In this document: piece after piece, positions 40,147-49,972 of the stretch
Layout of the letters: every line of letters begins with the position of its first letter
Numbering within the stretch: the first letter of the stretch is position 1
NCBI GenBank assembly: GCA_020353515.1
Contig: CP070695.1
Span: 4,785,414-4,849,413, forward strand
Reading direction: 5' to 3'
Source: Candidatus Heimdallarchaeota archaeon
GTDB taxonomy: Archaea > Asgardarchaeota > Heimdallarchaeia > Hodarchaeales > Hodarchaeaceae
DNA length: 64,000 nucleotides
Made by a program: the position numbers and the translations under genes
The notes under the pieces: generated by a model
What the model was told of the DNA's origin: nothing
What the model saw: the letters and a program-made list of their open reading frames with translations, nothing else
Database searches by the model: none

Positions 40147-40950
40147 TTACGGTTGGTTGTAGATGGGAGTAATAGTAGGTTTAGGACGTTGCCATTCATG
40201 GTGTACAATAGTTGAGTGTTTCGTTTGAATTTGATAATCAGGTAAAGCAGGATTGAATTCCTCGATTTTTAAGATGATGTAATCTTTGGTATGGCTTCCA
40301 ATGTTATTTAATGCTATATCTGTTGTAATCCAACCCATTTCGGGTGAAAAAATCTCTCCCCATGCATGCGCCTCTAAGCGTTTACCTTGCTCGAGGATGT
40401 AATAGCCTGTTAATCGTCTTGATGGGATTCCCCGTACTCTGGCTAAAGTGATAAGAAGATCAGTAAATTCATCACAATCACCAATAGCGGTTAAAATGGC
40501 TTGATAGGCCCCTAGTCGTTCTTCTAGAGTTTCAACATGTTTAATTTTTGTCCTAATATATCGATTAGCTGAAAGAATCCACCTAGAAAGATCATCTGTT
40601 CTAAACCATTCTTCCTCCTTTAAATTCAGAATTGTTGGCGATTTTACTGGCCAATATTTTGAGCTCTCACGATATTTATCTTTAAGAATTTGAGGAATAT
40701 CTGATATTCTTCCCCAATCATTTTTTAGATTAACAAAAGAAGAGGTAGGGAAGACAGAGACACTTCTATCCAACGAGATTAATCCTTTTGTATGAACTTT
40801 CTGGTGAAAGAGAAAGTAGGAATTTACCCCCTTTGATTTTAATTTGCAATGTATGGGAGTTTTATGAAGATGTACGGTTTGTCGGTAATTGGGATAGTGA
40901 AAAAACTTTAAACGAATAATAGGAGAACCTGCATTGGCTCGGTACATCAA
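40147..40950 (-). CDS. Transglutaminase-like protein
   Basis: GDCDEF (Cys), HAWGE (His) and GW..TD (Asp) triad; the frame stays open upstream to a possible CTG start at 41004. Confidence 0.85.
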   Translation of the reverse strand: MMYRANAGSPIIRLKFFHYPNYRQTVHLHKTPIHCKLKSKGVNSYFLFHQKVHTKGLISLDRSVSVFPTSSFVNLKNDWGRISDIPQILKDKYRESSKYWPVKSPTILNLKEEEWFRTDDLSRWILSANRYIRTKIKHVETLEERLGAYQAILTAIGDCDEFTDLLITLARVRGIPSRRLTGYYILEQGKRLEAHAWGEIFSPEMGWITTDIALNNIGSHTKDYIILKIEEFNPALPDYQIQTKHSTIVHHEWQRPKPTITPIYNQP

Positions 40951-40993
40951 GCGCTCTTGATGATGTATTTTCCATCCTCGGATTTGACTTGAA

Positions 40994-41470
40994 TTGTCTT
41001 TCAGGAAGAAAAACTCCCAAGGGGTTTACGTATTAGCTCTTAAAGTAGGTTATTCTATTAACATTACAACGAGTCGTTTCAAATGGGTACTCAAACCAGG
41101 AACTTATTTTTATTTCGGATCAGCCCGAGGAAAAACCTCCACATCTCTAGAAAAACGTTTATTTCGTCATTTTCACTATCAAAAAAGCATCTTTTGGCAT
41201 ATTGATTATCTTACTTCCCATTCTAAGACGAAAATATTGAATGCATATTTCACAACAGATCCTATGATTACTGAATGTCAAGCTCTCCGCGAATTTGTAC
41301 AAAAGTTTCACGAAATAAAAGTCATTCCAAAATTTGGTTCTTCTGACTGTAAATTGAAATGTGGAGGTCATTTACTATCCGTTTCAAGTAACCAAGATAT
41401 TCTTGCAGAATATTCACAGTATTTCAGTCACAGTAACTGGAATGAATTCAAATTTGAATCTGAGTACTAG
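40994..41470 (+). CDS. GIY-YIG (Uri/DUF123) endonuclease-family protein
   Basis: GVYVL, G.Y.YFGSA, R..RH, WHIDYL, EC and FGSSDC..C..HL. Confidence 0.88.
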   Translation: MSFRKKNSQGVYVLALKVGYSINITTSRFKWVLKPGTYFYFGSARGKTSTSLEKRLFRHFHYQKSIFWHIDYLTSHSKTKILNAYFTTDPMITECQALREFVQKFHEIKVIPKFGSSDCKLKCGGHLLSVSSNQDILAEYSQYFSHSNWNEFKFESEY

Positions 41471-41621
41471 GAAAATACAACATTAGTTTTAAATCAATTT
41501 TTAAAAGGTAGACTTACAATATATCCTATGAATATTTCAGAATAACTTACTCAGTCTTTCAATCTTGCTTTGACAAAATTCCCTAAATTATGGATTCTAC
41601 CAATTAAAGAGAGGTATTGAA

Positions 41622-42395
41622 TTGCCATTGCCTTTCAGGAAAAAGAAAAAAAAGAAATTCCCTGACCCACCTTCATTTTATGAACAGAGGGAGAAGGCCC
41701 TGCAAGGACCCCCAAAAACACCTCCACCACTTCCTACTCCGAAATATCAGACTCTTGAAGGGCCTCCCAAACAACAGGAATTAAAAGGGCCTCCAAGACA
41801 ACAACCTGATAGAGGTATTGCTGCTCCTCCCAATCTCCCCCCACCTCCCCCTTTTGCCAGGAAGGTCCCCGCACAACCCCCTCAACAACCTGCTAAAGCC
41901 CCAGTTCCAATTTTTGACGATAACCTCGCAGATGAAATTCATACTGAATTAAGACAAAGAGATTTTGGTTCTACCATGAAAAAAACTCCGGAAAGAGAAG
42001 CGGTCCATCTATCGACTGATGACTTAACAAAACAGCACTTTCGTAATTCAAGGCAAGAATACATTGAAGCAGGGAATAAACACCTCGAATTAAATTTTTA
42101 TGGCAATGCTGCAACTAATTATGCATGTGCTATTCTCTGTGATTTAATAGGGGAAGGAATACAAAAAGCTCGTCATACAATGTTAACTCTAGTTTCTACC
42201 GTTCCTTCCGCGGTTACAGAGAATAATTTTTTTGATAGCGTTAGACTACTACTTGAAGCAATTCGGACAAAGAATTATACTTTTCAAACTCGTGCCGAGA
42301 ATCTCATAAAAAAGAATATGGGACATCTCTACCCAGAGGATGTTGCTATGGTTGAAAAGGCAATTAAAACAGCGAGAGCACAATTCGGATATTGA
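41622..42395 (+). CDS. Polybasic/proline-rich protein with C-terminal TPR/SNAP-like helical domain
   Basis: RKKKKKK N-terminus, polyproline tracts over residues ~14-97, and a helical C-terminus containing AILCDL...LLEAI. Confidence 0.7.
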   Translation: MPLPFRKKKKKKFPDPPSFYEQREKALQGPPKTPPPLPTPKYQTLEGPPKQQELKGPPRQQPDRGIAAPPNLPPPPPFARKVPAQPPQQPAKAPVPIFDDNLADEIHTELRQRDFGSTMKKTPEREAVHLSTDDLTKQHFRNSRQEYIEAGNKHLELNFYGNAATNYACAILCDLIGEGIQKARHTMLTLVSTVPSAVTENNFFDSVRLLLEAIRTKNYTFQTRAENLIKKNMGHLYPEDVAMVEKAIKTARAQFGY

Positions 42396-42407
42396 TTGGT
42401 AGTAACT

Positions 42408-42869
42408 TCAAGACAATGGAAATTTTCTTAATAATTCAGTACATTCTTCATTCTCTTGGTATTCAAGAATCACCCCATGAGATTTTAAGAAATTTTCAGC
42501 ACCCAGTATTGTCGTGTTATCAGCTATAACTACCTTTGATATCTGAAGATAAACGATGGTCCCGGAACACATCTGACAGGGTGAGAGAGTAGTATAAAGG
42601 ACTGATCTTTTATATTCTTCAGGAAGCAAAATTCCTGCATTCTCTATTGCGTCCATTTCTGCATGTAAAATGACGCTGCCTTTTTGGTTGCGTTGATTTC
42701 TTCCTCTACCGACAATCTTTCCATCAAGAACCAAGACTGATCCAATTGGTAGACCATTTTCTTCAAAACCCAGTTTAGCTTCTTGAACTGCTGCTTGCAT
42801 AAACTCATCCATATTCTCTTCATCTCCGATTTTGACCATTACTTCATAAGTGGGTTTATTCTTACCCAT
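42408..42869 (-). CDS. Cytosine/nucleoside deaminase (CDA-fold, Zn)
   Basis: PIGSVLV, HAE and SPCQMC Zn-binding motifs. Confidence 0.9.
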   Translation of the reverse strand: MGKNKPTYEVMVKIGDEENMDEFMQAAVQEAKLGFEENGLPIGSVLVLDGKIVGRGRNQRNQKGSVILHAEMDAIENAGILLPEEYKRSVLYTTLSPCQMCSGTIVYLQISKVVIADNTTILGAENFLKSHGVILEYQENEECTELLRKFPLS

Positions 42870-43064
42870 ACTTTATGAAGGATCCTATTTACGATCTCCA
42901 CATAACCAACAATCTGTGATATCACATTTAGAGAAATATTATCAGTCCTTCAATACTCTTTTGGGCAAGAATTGTTATGCTAAGGAGAATCGTCAGGACA
43001 AATAAAGTGGTATTTATGACAATAGTTTATATGGTCCATCGTGATTCTTGTCCAGCCACAAACA

Positions 43065-44114
43065 TCAAATTCCTGCCATTGTGAGTGCCATAATAGCTTT
43101 TTGGACGTGTAATCGATTTTCTCCAACGTCATAGATGCATGAACGAGGACCAGAGGCAACCTCATCAGTGACTTCATGGCCCCGATCGATGGGCATCGGA
43201 TGGGTGAATATCCCGTTATCTGTCAAGGCCATTTTATCTGCATCGCAGATCCACTCTGGAAATTTTAATGCCTTATCAATTTCCTGTTGTTTTAGAAATT
43301 CACCTTCTTGGTAAGCCTCGGGGCTCATCCAATGACGGGAATATACAACATGGGCTCCCTCATACCCTTTTGTAGGATGATTAATAGTTTCAAAGCTTGC
43401 ATCATATTTACTACAGTTCTGTTCTGTCCATTTAACGACTTGAGGATCGAGATCATATCCTTCAGGGGAGGCAACAGTAACGTCCATACTATACCGCGAA
43501 CCAATAAGCATAGCTTCTTGAACAGAACACCATGACCGGGTTAAAGCTCCATGACCCCAGGTAATCAGTAATTTCTTCCCTTTCAATGTACGCCAATCTG
43601 GGGGATATTTCGTACCTTTATTGAACCATTCTGCCCAACCCATGGCGTCTGCAAGTCCTTGGCAGGGATGAAATTTATCATGGGCCATTGAAATGATAGG
43701 AATTGATGCCCACTTAGCATATTCTCGAAGGAGATTTTCTCCTTGACCATACGCTCCAACTTTATCCTCAAGAATTCTTATTCCAAGACCATGTGCATAA
43801 CGAGACATTATCTGGGCAGCATCTTCCACCGTTTCCCCTGCGGTCTTCTCGGTTTTAAGACGCATGGCTTTTGGTTCCAGAAATTGGGCATGTCCTCCTA
43901 ATTCTGTCGCAGCGACTTCAAAACTCTGTCTTGTTCGCACACTAGGATTATAAAAAAACATAAAGAATGTTTTATGCTGTAATAGACTTGTATATTGAGG
44001 GGAAAACCGTTCCCGCTTCATTCTTCCTGCTAGATCAAGTACTAAATCTAGCTCATGTTTTTCCCAATCTTGAGTACAAATTAAATCTCGTCCATATAAA
44101 TCTGAAAATTCCAT
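43065..44114 (-). CDS. Ornithine-carbamoyltransferase-family transcarbamylase (divergent)
   Basis: SVRTR, HPCQ and HPMP (instead of HCLP). ATG 44114 behind an AGGAGG SD; the ORF track starts at 44165. Confidence 0.88.
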   Translation of the reverse strand: MEFSDLYGRDLICTQDWEKHELDLVLDLAGRMKRERFSPQYTSLLQHKTFFMFFYNPSVRTRQSFEVAATELGGHAQFLEPKAMRLKTEKTAGETVEDAAQIMSRYAHGLGIRILEDKVGAYGQGENLLREYAKWASIPIISMAHDKFHPCQGLADAMGWAEWFNKGTKYPPDWRTLKGKKLLITWGHGALTRSWCSVQEAMLIGSRYSMDVTVASPEGYDLDPQVVKWTEQNCSKYDASFETINHPTKGYEGAHVVYSRHWMSPEAYQEGEFLKQQEIDKALKFPEWICDADKMALTDNGIFTHPMPIDRGHEVTDEVASGPRSCIYDVGENRLHVQKAIMALTMAGI

Positions 44115-44133
44115 CTTTATGAGCCTCCTTTTC

Positions 44134-45120
44134 TTATGGAACAATGATAGTTCCTGCTTCTCCATCTAGAGCTGCTGCTGCAAGTTCAGGGGTGGTTATT
44201 ACCACTTTTTTCCCACCATCCTTTAAGAATCTAATTGCTGCTTTCAGCTTAGGCCCCATTGATCCTTTTAACTTATTTCCGAATGCTCCTTCTTCTAAAT
44301 ACTTTTCAACTTCAGCCACAGTCATTCGGTCAATGCCTCTCTGCTCTGGTGTTTTGTAATTCAAGTAAACTTTATCTGTATCTGTTAAAATAGCAAAAGC
44401 TTCAGCCTTTGTGTCGTTAGCTAATCTTTCTCCGGCCAAATCTTTGTCAATGACGGCTTCAACACCCGAAACTGTCCCATCGGGATTTTTAAGAACAGGT
44501 ATACCTCCTCCACCGCTGGCTACTAGTATAAAGCCAGCTTCTAAAAGATCGTTAACCTGATCCTTTTCATAAATCTCAATTGGATCTGGAGATGGAACAA
44601 CTCGTCGATATCCTCTTCCAGCATCTTCGATAATTGTGAAATCAGGATGTTCTTCCCTGATTCGATCAACTTGTTCTTTAGTGTAAAATGGCCCTACTGG
44701 TTTTGTGGGATTTTCGAACGCTGGATCATCTTTTGACACAACAACTTGTGTAATGATTGTTGCAACTTTGATTTTTTTACTAGGATCCAGTCTACTAGGG
44801 GGACCTTCAGTAACCAAGAGATTACCAAGAATATTCTGAATGAGGTATCCTATCTGGCCCTGTGTCATCGATCCACAAACATCCATTTTGAACGAAGGGC
44901 GGTTATAGGGAGGATGGGAACCTGCTTCCATTTGCAGCATGAGATTTCCCACTTGAGGACCGTTACCATGAGTTATCACGACCCGCCATTTTGGAATGAC
45001 CTTCATGATTTGTTTTGCGGTTTGAGTGACATTTTCGATCTGTTCCTCTAATGTCCCTCTCTGTTTCCCCTTGATCATGGCATTTCCACCCAGTGCAATG
45101 ACAACTAGCGGCTTGAACAT
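44134..45120 (-). CDS. arcC: Carbamate kinase
   Basis: ALGGNA, THGNGPQVG, PTKPVGPFY, RRVVPSP, GGGGIPV, EAVIDKD and GSMGPK. Confidence 0.96.
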   Translation of the reverse strand: MFKPLVVIALGGNAMIKGKQRGTLEEQIENVTQTAKQIMKVIPKWRVVITHGNGPQVGNLMLQMEAGSHPPYNRPSFKMDVCGSMTQGQIGYLIQNILGNLLVTEGPPSRLDPSKKIKVATIITQVVVSKDDPAFENPTKPVGPFYTKEQVDRIREEHPDFTIIEDAGRGYRRVVPSPDPIEIYEKDQVNDLLEAGFILVASGGGGIPVLKNPDGTVSGVEAVIDKDLAGERLANDTKAEAFAILTDTDKVYLNYKTPEQRGIDRMTVAEVEKYLEEGAFGNKLKGSMGPKLKAAIRFLKDGGKKVVITTPELAAAALDGEAGTIIVP

Positions 45121-45248
45121 TTTGATTCCTCAATCTGATGTAAAAGAACCTGTTGATAGTTATCTTTTAAAGGATTATATACGTACGAAGGCATCCTTCA
45201 TTGAAGGATACATGAAAATGAATTTTCCTTGCTTTTAGAAGAATAGTT

Positions 45249-46517
45249 TTACTGCGTTTTCTTCCCCTGTAAAGCTACCAGAAGTGTATACATAAGAATG
45301 AGACAAACTAGAGAAAATCCTGTTGTAGGTTGCGGGCTTGTTTCATTTGATAGACTTGAAGATGTCATTTGTTTTGTTTCCGTGAGTTGTGAGTGTGTAT
45401 TATTGATTGAAAATTCTCCTGAAATTATTTCTTCTGTTAAAAAAGCGCCAACTTCTTCTACACATACAATTGTCACTTTTATCTTATAATGCATGCCATC
45501 TTGAAGAGCTGATGTATTCCAGTCGTAGGTTGTACCAATTTCATTAGCTGCGAACCTAATCCATGTGAGTCCACTATCGTTAGAGTAATCTAAATGGCAA
45601 AACAAATCATGTTTCCATGAGTCTGATAAATTCCAACGAATAGTTGCTATTGATGATAGTTGGTCTCCTGGATTAGGAGAGAGAAATTCTGGCTTTGATA
45701 ACTTATGAGGATGCCATATTTCGAGACTATCTAGCATCACGACACTGCAGTTCACCAAATCACGAAATGTGTATGCATCCACTATTGATCCTGCATTATC
45801 AGTTATCCCATTATATCCGTAATGAAAGGGAATACCGTACTTTAGGTCTGATGAGTTTTTAATGAGCTCTACAGCTTTAACCGCGTCAGTTGCATTCATA
45901 ATAGACAATCCACCAACGGGGAGAAGAGCTATATCAGTTTCTATATCCCCCATCTCTGGAATTGGCCCCGTATCCCCTGCAATGTAAATTCTCACACTCC
46001 CAAAATCAACTATCACACCTAATCCATCATCCTCCTGGGGGTGATAGGGTTCACCATTCGGACGAAACCGATGAACATTGTAAGCAGGTACAAATTCAAA
46101 ATCAATTCCATCAAATGATAACGTATCTCCTGGCGTAACAATGTAATCTCCAAGTGTTTGAGGGGAACTAATGAGAATGGTATTTTCATCAGTTACTTTC
46201 TCAATATCATAGGGTGAATAATGTGGAGCATGGTCATGAGTGACTATAATGAAATCTGCAGGTTCTTCATGTACATGTATTTCAATAGGGTCAATATAGA
46301 CAATTAGCTCACTTGTGTTAAGTTTTACAGCTTCACTTAAGTACCAACGAATAGTCACACCGCCATATTGGAAATTTTCACCTGAATCTATAATGATCTT
46401 CTCATTGTTGGTATTTATCATGAATATATGATTGGTCGAAGAAATTGTAATCGCTGACAATGTAGTACTTATTGCAATAAGAACAATTATCATTTTAGTG
46501 TGTGATTTTTTCATCAT
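45249..46517 (-). CDS. Secreted MBL-fold metallo-hydrolase with Ig-like domain and C-terminal membrane anchor
   Basis: Signal peptide, YIDP, THDHAPH, YIAGDT and IPFHY; Ser/Thr linker followed by TGF-TM-basic tail. Confidence 0.8.
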   Translation of the reverse strand: MMKKSHTKMIIVLIAISTTLSAITISSTNHIFMINTNNEKIIIDSGENFQYGGVTIRWYLSEAVKLNTSELIVYIDPIEIHVHEEPADFIIVTHDHAPHYSPYDIEKVTDENTILISSPQTLGDYIVTPGDTLSFDGIDFEFVPAYNVHRFRPNGEPYHPQEDDGLGVIVDFGSVRIYIAGDTGPIPEMGDIETDIALLPVGGLSIMNATDAVKAVELIKNSSDLKYGIPFHYGYNGITDNAGSIVDAYTFRDLVNCSVVMLDSLEIWHPHKLSKPEFLSPNPGDQLSSIATIRWNLSDSWKHDLFCHLDYSNDSGLTWIRFAANEIGTTYDWNTSALQDGMHYKIKVTIVCVEEVGAFLTEEIISGEFSINNTHSQLTETKQMTSSSLSNETSPQPTTGFSLVCLILMYTLLVALQGKKTQ

Positions 46518-46562
46518 AGCTGACTCTGTTCATTGTTATGTGGTTATATTGGTGTTTAAACG

Positions 46563-46579
46563 ATTCCAAAGTTTGGAAT
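46563..46579. promoter_or_regulatory. Palindromic candidate operator ATTCCAAA-G-TTTGGAAT
   Basis: Perfect 8-bp inverted repeat between the divergent MBL gene and HTH regulator. Confidence 0.5.
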
Positions 46580-46639
46580 AAAGATATCATACCACATTAT
46601 GGAAACGTTTTTTAATGTTATTATCAAGGCGAAAGACAA

Positions 46640-47272
46640 TTGAATGTTTACCCCAGGTTTTCAAATATGAAAAAATCAAAGAAAAGGGATAAATATTTAT
46701 CCAGCAAAGCTATTTACAAAGGATTGATCCGATTTTTATTGTTTCGCGATGGGGAACTTACTGCAAAACAACTACAGGTTAAAACTGGATTAAAACGTCA
46801 GAGCTGCTATAATTATCTTAAAGAAATGAAGAATGAAGGAAAAGTAAGTGTACGGTATGAGAAAGTTAAAAATAAACCTCAAATCCAAGAAGCGCATTAT
46901 TCCAGAAAACATGAAGCCCTTCCAAAAGATCACGACTATCTCTCTGAGAGAATCAGAGTCGAAAGTAGCGATCATGAGAAGATGTTAAGAAGGATTAAGT
47001 TAGCAATCGAAAGTAATATTGGAGCCCTTCTAGAAATCGAGGCCGCTTTTAATCGTATGACACCTCAAGAAGCAGCAAATTATGTTAAATGTGATCCTTG
47101 GGGATTTTATGGTTTTACTGCACTATTAACGGATAAGGAGTATAATGAGCTGATTACAGAATTCAAGAGTATGTTTGATCGGTTGAATAAAAAATGGGAA
47201 GAGGAAAAAGAAGAGGATACTCATTCTGGTAATGTTTTCACGTTCACTTTCTATAAAACGATCCCAGAATGA
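46640..47272 (+). CDS. Winged-helix transcriptional regulator (ArsR/MarR-like)
   Basis: LTAKQL...TGL.RQSCYNYLKEM...G.V HTH; the true start may be ATG 46667. Confidence 0.75.
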   Translation: MNVYPRFSNMKKSKKRDKYLSSKAIYKGLIRFLLFRDGELTAKQLQVKTGLKRQSCYNYLKEMKNEGKVSVRYEKVKNKPQIQEAHYSRKHEALPKDHDYLSERIRVESSDHEKMLRRIKLAIESNIGALLEIEAAFNRMTPQEAANYVKCDPWGFYGFTALLTDKEYNELITEFKSMFDRLNKKWEEEKEEDTHSGNVFTFTFYKTIPE

Positions 47273-47401
47273 GTTTACATTTATACATTACAATACTATA
47301 ACAATTTATTCTAGATATAAGTAAACTCTCAATTATTCATTCATTGATATTTGCTTTTAATGGTCAAATTACGATGGAAACATGCCCAAGATTCTTAGAA
47401 T

Positions 47402-47962
47402 TTGGAGTATGAGTGGCCTATCTTGGAATATCGATTGTTAAACAAAGAGGAAATAAAGAGGATCAGTGAAATTGACCGAACAGAGACAGTAGAGTACATT
47501 TATTATCATAGAGAGGGAAAGTTAGAATTAGTAGAAGAGTACTATGAGATCAATGAATGGAATCAAGAAGAAGAACTGAGGCATATCTCTTCTCTCAATG
47601 ATATATATCAAAGAGGAGGATTCATATTTGGAGCCTTTGATAAATTGTATATTGTTGGGATTATATCACTAGATAACGAATTTATTGGAAGGAATAAGGA
47701 TCAATTGAATCTTGCTGGCCTTTGGGTCAGTAAAGATTATAGAAAAAAGGGAGTAGGGAAAACTCTAGTTGAATTAGTAAAAGAAAAAGCCAAGGAAATG
47801 GGTGCAAGAAAGCTCTATGTTTCTGCAACTCCATCCCAAAATACAGTCCATTTTTACATGAACAGAGGATTTGACTTAGCCAAGGAAGTCAATGAGAAAT
47901 TGTATGAATTAGAACCAGATGACATTCATATGGAATGTTTATTGATCTCTGATTCGAAATAG
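47402..47962 (+). CDS. GNAT family N-acetyltransferase
   Basis: LWVSKDYRKKGVGK and YVSATPS.NTV.FY..RGF. Confidence 0.9.
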   Translation: MEYEWPILEYRLLNKEEIKRISEIDRTETVEYIYYHREGKLELVEEYYEINEWNQEEELRHISSLNDIYQRGGFIFGAFDKLYIVGIISLDNEFIGRNKDQLNLAGLWVSKDYRKKGVGKTLVELVKEKAKEMGARKLYVSATPSQNTVHFYMNRGFDLAKEVNEKLYELEPDDIHMECLLISDSK

Positions 47963-48021
47963 CTAAGAATCATGAAAATAATTATTCATCTTATTTACAA
48001 ACAGAAATGTCTTAATAAATG

Positions 48022-48885
48022 CTAGATGTAAGTAAACTCTCGTTTCTGGAATAGAAACAACGCAGCTAGTAGGGCTGCAATTCCTATGATGAGGACGAGA
48101 GCCAATTCATGGACTGGGTAGATGAAAACAAGGTTTAAGTCATTGATTGGAATGATAAGACTAGCTTCGTTATCCATTAATGTGTTCATAACAGCTTGTC
48201 CATCAATGTAATGGAAGAGAGAAACTCCCTGGAGAATGTCAGCTATTTGTTCATTTGCCGTCCTAATTAATCCCCCAAATCGTTCAAATATCCATGATCC
48301 ACCAACAATCAACCCAGCTGATCCCAGTGTTTTCGTTGTGTCCATGAAAATAACTGAGCAAAGGATAGTTATACAAGTGAAAGCCATGTATACAATCCAC
48401 TTCCCGAGTATAGCAATGAGGAACGCGTCTTGCTTAAATTCTATGTTCATGACTGCGGCTGCTACGGCTATGGCTCCCCAAACGAGAACGGGAAATGAAA
48501 ACGATAATGTGATGATGGCTAGCAGCTTTTGTGAGAGAAACTTCCATCGTGGAATGGGGTAGCTCAAGATTACGTCCAATGTACCGCTATCCGCTTCCCA
48601 TGCGATAACCATCGTTCCAACAAGGACAATGAGTCCCATAAAAATGAAATCCGCAACGATGAACATCTCTACGCTAATAAATCCTTCAAAAGAGCCCATA
48701 CTTGATTCCCCTAAAAGACTGGAAAAGAGAGGGTTTTCCGCGAATATAGTTTCAAATTCTTTCATCACTGGTTCATAATCGGGCCAGATCCCAACAACGA
48801 GAAGAGCCATTGCTACAAGTAATGCGACAGGTATTATCCAGAATAACCATGTTTTCTGCAGTTGTTTCTTATAAATCGTTAACAC
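48022..48885 (-). CDS. ABC-2 type permease
   Basis: About 6 TM helices, E.DSGTLD.ILSYPI.R and terminal F.KRE. Confidence 0.88.
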   Translation of the reverse strand: MLTIYKKQLQKTWLFWIIPVALLVAMALLVVGIWPDYEPVMKEFETIFAENPLFSSLLGESSMGSFEGFISVEMFIVADFIFMGLIVLVGTMVIAWEADSGTLDVILSYPIPRWKFLSQKLLAIITLSFSFPVLVWGAIAVAAAVMNIEFKQDAFLIAILGKWIVYMAFTCITILCSVIFMDTTKTLGSAGLIVGGSWIFERFGGLIRTANEQIADILQGVSLFHYIDGQAVMNTLMDNEASLIIPINDLNLVFIYPVHELALVLIIGIAALLAALFLFQKREFTYI

Positions 48886-48887
48886 AT

Positions 48888-49856
48888 TTATTCCTCCATT
48901 AGACGATCTATTTCATCCTTATAATACTCTATGAAAATATCTTCGAGACTACTGTCCTCTAAGGTCATACGTTTTATACGCTGTGAGGTAACTAATTTGA
49001 GGAGATCGTTCACGTCCTCTTTAACCGTGATGTGGAACGTTCCATCCCTTTTCTCTACACCGATCACATTTGGGATGGCTTTAAATGCATCTACGTCTGG
49101 TGCTTCGCCCTTCATGAATTCCACGGTCAAATGTTGTATTGATTTTCTTCGTAACTCCTTTACAGCTTCAACCACTATTATTTGTCCTTGTCTGATGATC
49201 CCCACTCGATCACAGATAGCCTGTACTTCAGCAAGGTCATGACTTGACAAGAAAATCGTTTTTCCTTGATCCCGCATCTCACGCAATAAATCGTGGAATC
49301 GGGCCGACATCAAGGGATCCAGACCACTAGACGGTTCATCCAAGATGAGAAAGTCTGGATTAGAAGCTAAACCAACAATAATTGCTACTTGCTGACGGTT
49401 ACCCGAAGATAAGCTCCTAATCTTCATTGAGAGGTCAACCTTGAAAATCTTACGCAATTTCTTGAGAAAAGTGGTATCAGTAGGACGAAATGAGCCAACA
49501 TAATTAATTAATTCCTTCCCAGTGAAATTACCATATAATGTTACATCACCAGGAATGTGACCGGAGTTCTTTTTGATTTCCAACCCATCTTTCCGATGAT
49601 CTAGGCCGTTAATCTTTATTGTACCTGCTTTGATGGTTAAATATCCTAGGATAGAGCGGATAGCAGTCGTCTTACCCGCTCCGTTAGGCCCGAGAAACCC
49701 GAAGATTTCTCCTTTCTTAACGGAAAAACTCACATCATTTACCGCGACTATCCGACGACCAACTTTTCGGGCCCCAATTTGAAGCTCTCTTCCATATATC
49801 TTAGTTAAATTCCGAACAACGAGGACATCGGAGTCTGTAATTGCGTTACTCGCCAT
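48888..49856 (-). CDS. ABC exporter ATP-binding protein
   Basis: GPNGAGKT, LSSGNRQ, LILDEP.SGLDP and SSH. Confidence 0.95.
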   Translation of the reverse strand: MASNAITDSDVLVVRNLTKIYGRELQIGARKVGRRIVAVNDVSFSVKKGEIFGFLGPNGAGKTTAIRSILGYLTIKAGTIKINGLDHRKDGLEIKKNSGHIPGDVTLYGNFTGKELINYVGSFRPTDTTFLKKLRKIFKVDLSMKIRSLSSGNRQQVAIIVGLASNPDFLILDEPSSGLDPLMSARFHDLLREMRDQGKTIFLSSHDLAEVQAICDRVGIIRQGQIIVVEAVKELRRKSIQHLTVEFMKGEAPDVDAFKAIPNVIGVEKRDGTFHITVKEDVNDLLKLVTSQRIKRMTLEDSSLEDIFIEYYKDEIDRLMEE

Positions 49857-49972
49857 ATTATCACCAAAGAAAACATTTAATCGGATTGATCATAACGAAA
49901 TTTGCATTGTTTGAACAAATTGTGAAAAATATAAAAACTTATGCAAGGTCGATTATGGCTATGAAATTCATT

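Noticed and set aside
40994-41470. GIY-YIG nuclease as a homing endonuclease or mobile element
   Set aside because: It matches the short housekeeping-type DUF123 family, with no intron, intein or flanking repeats visible.
44115-44165. Apparent overlap between arcC and the transcarbamylase
   Set aside because: An SD-preceded ATG at 44114 removes the overlap.
43065-45120. Arginine deiminase pathway (arcABC)
   Set aside because: No arcA or arcD in the window, and the transcarbamylase lacks the ornithine-binding motifs.
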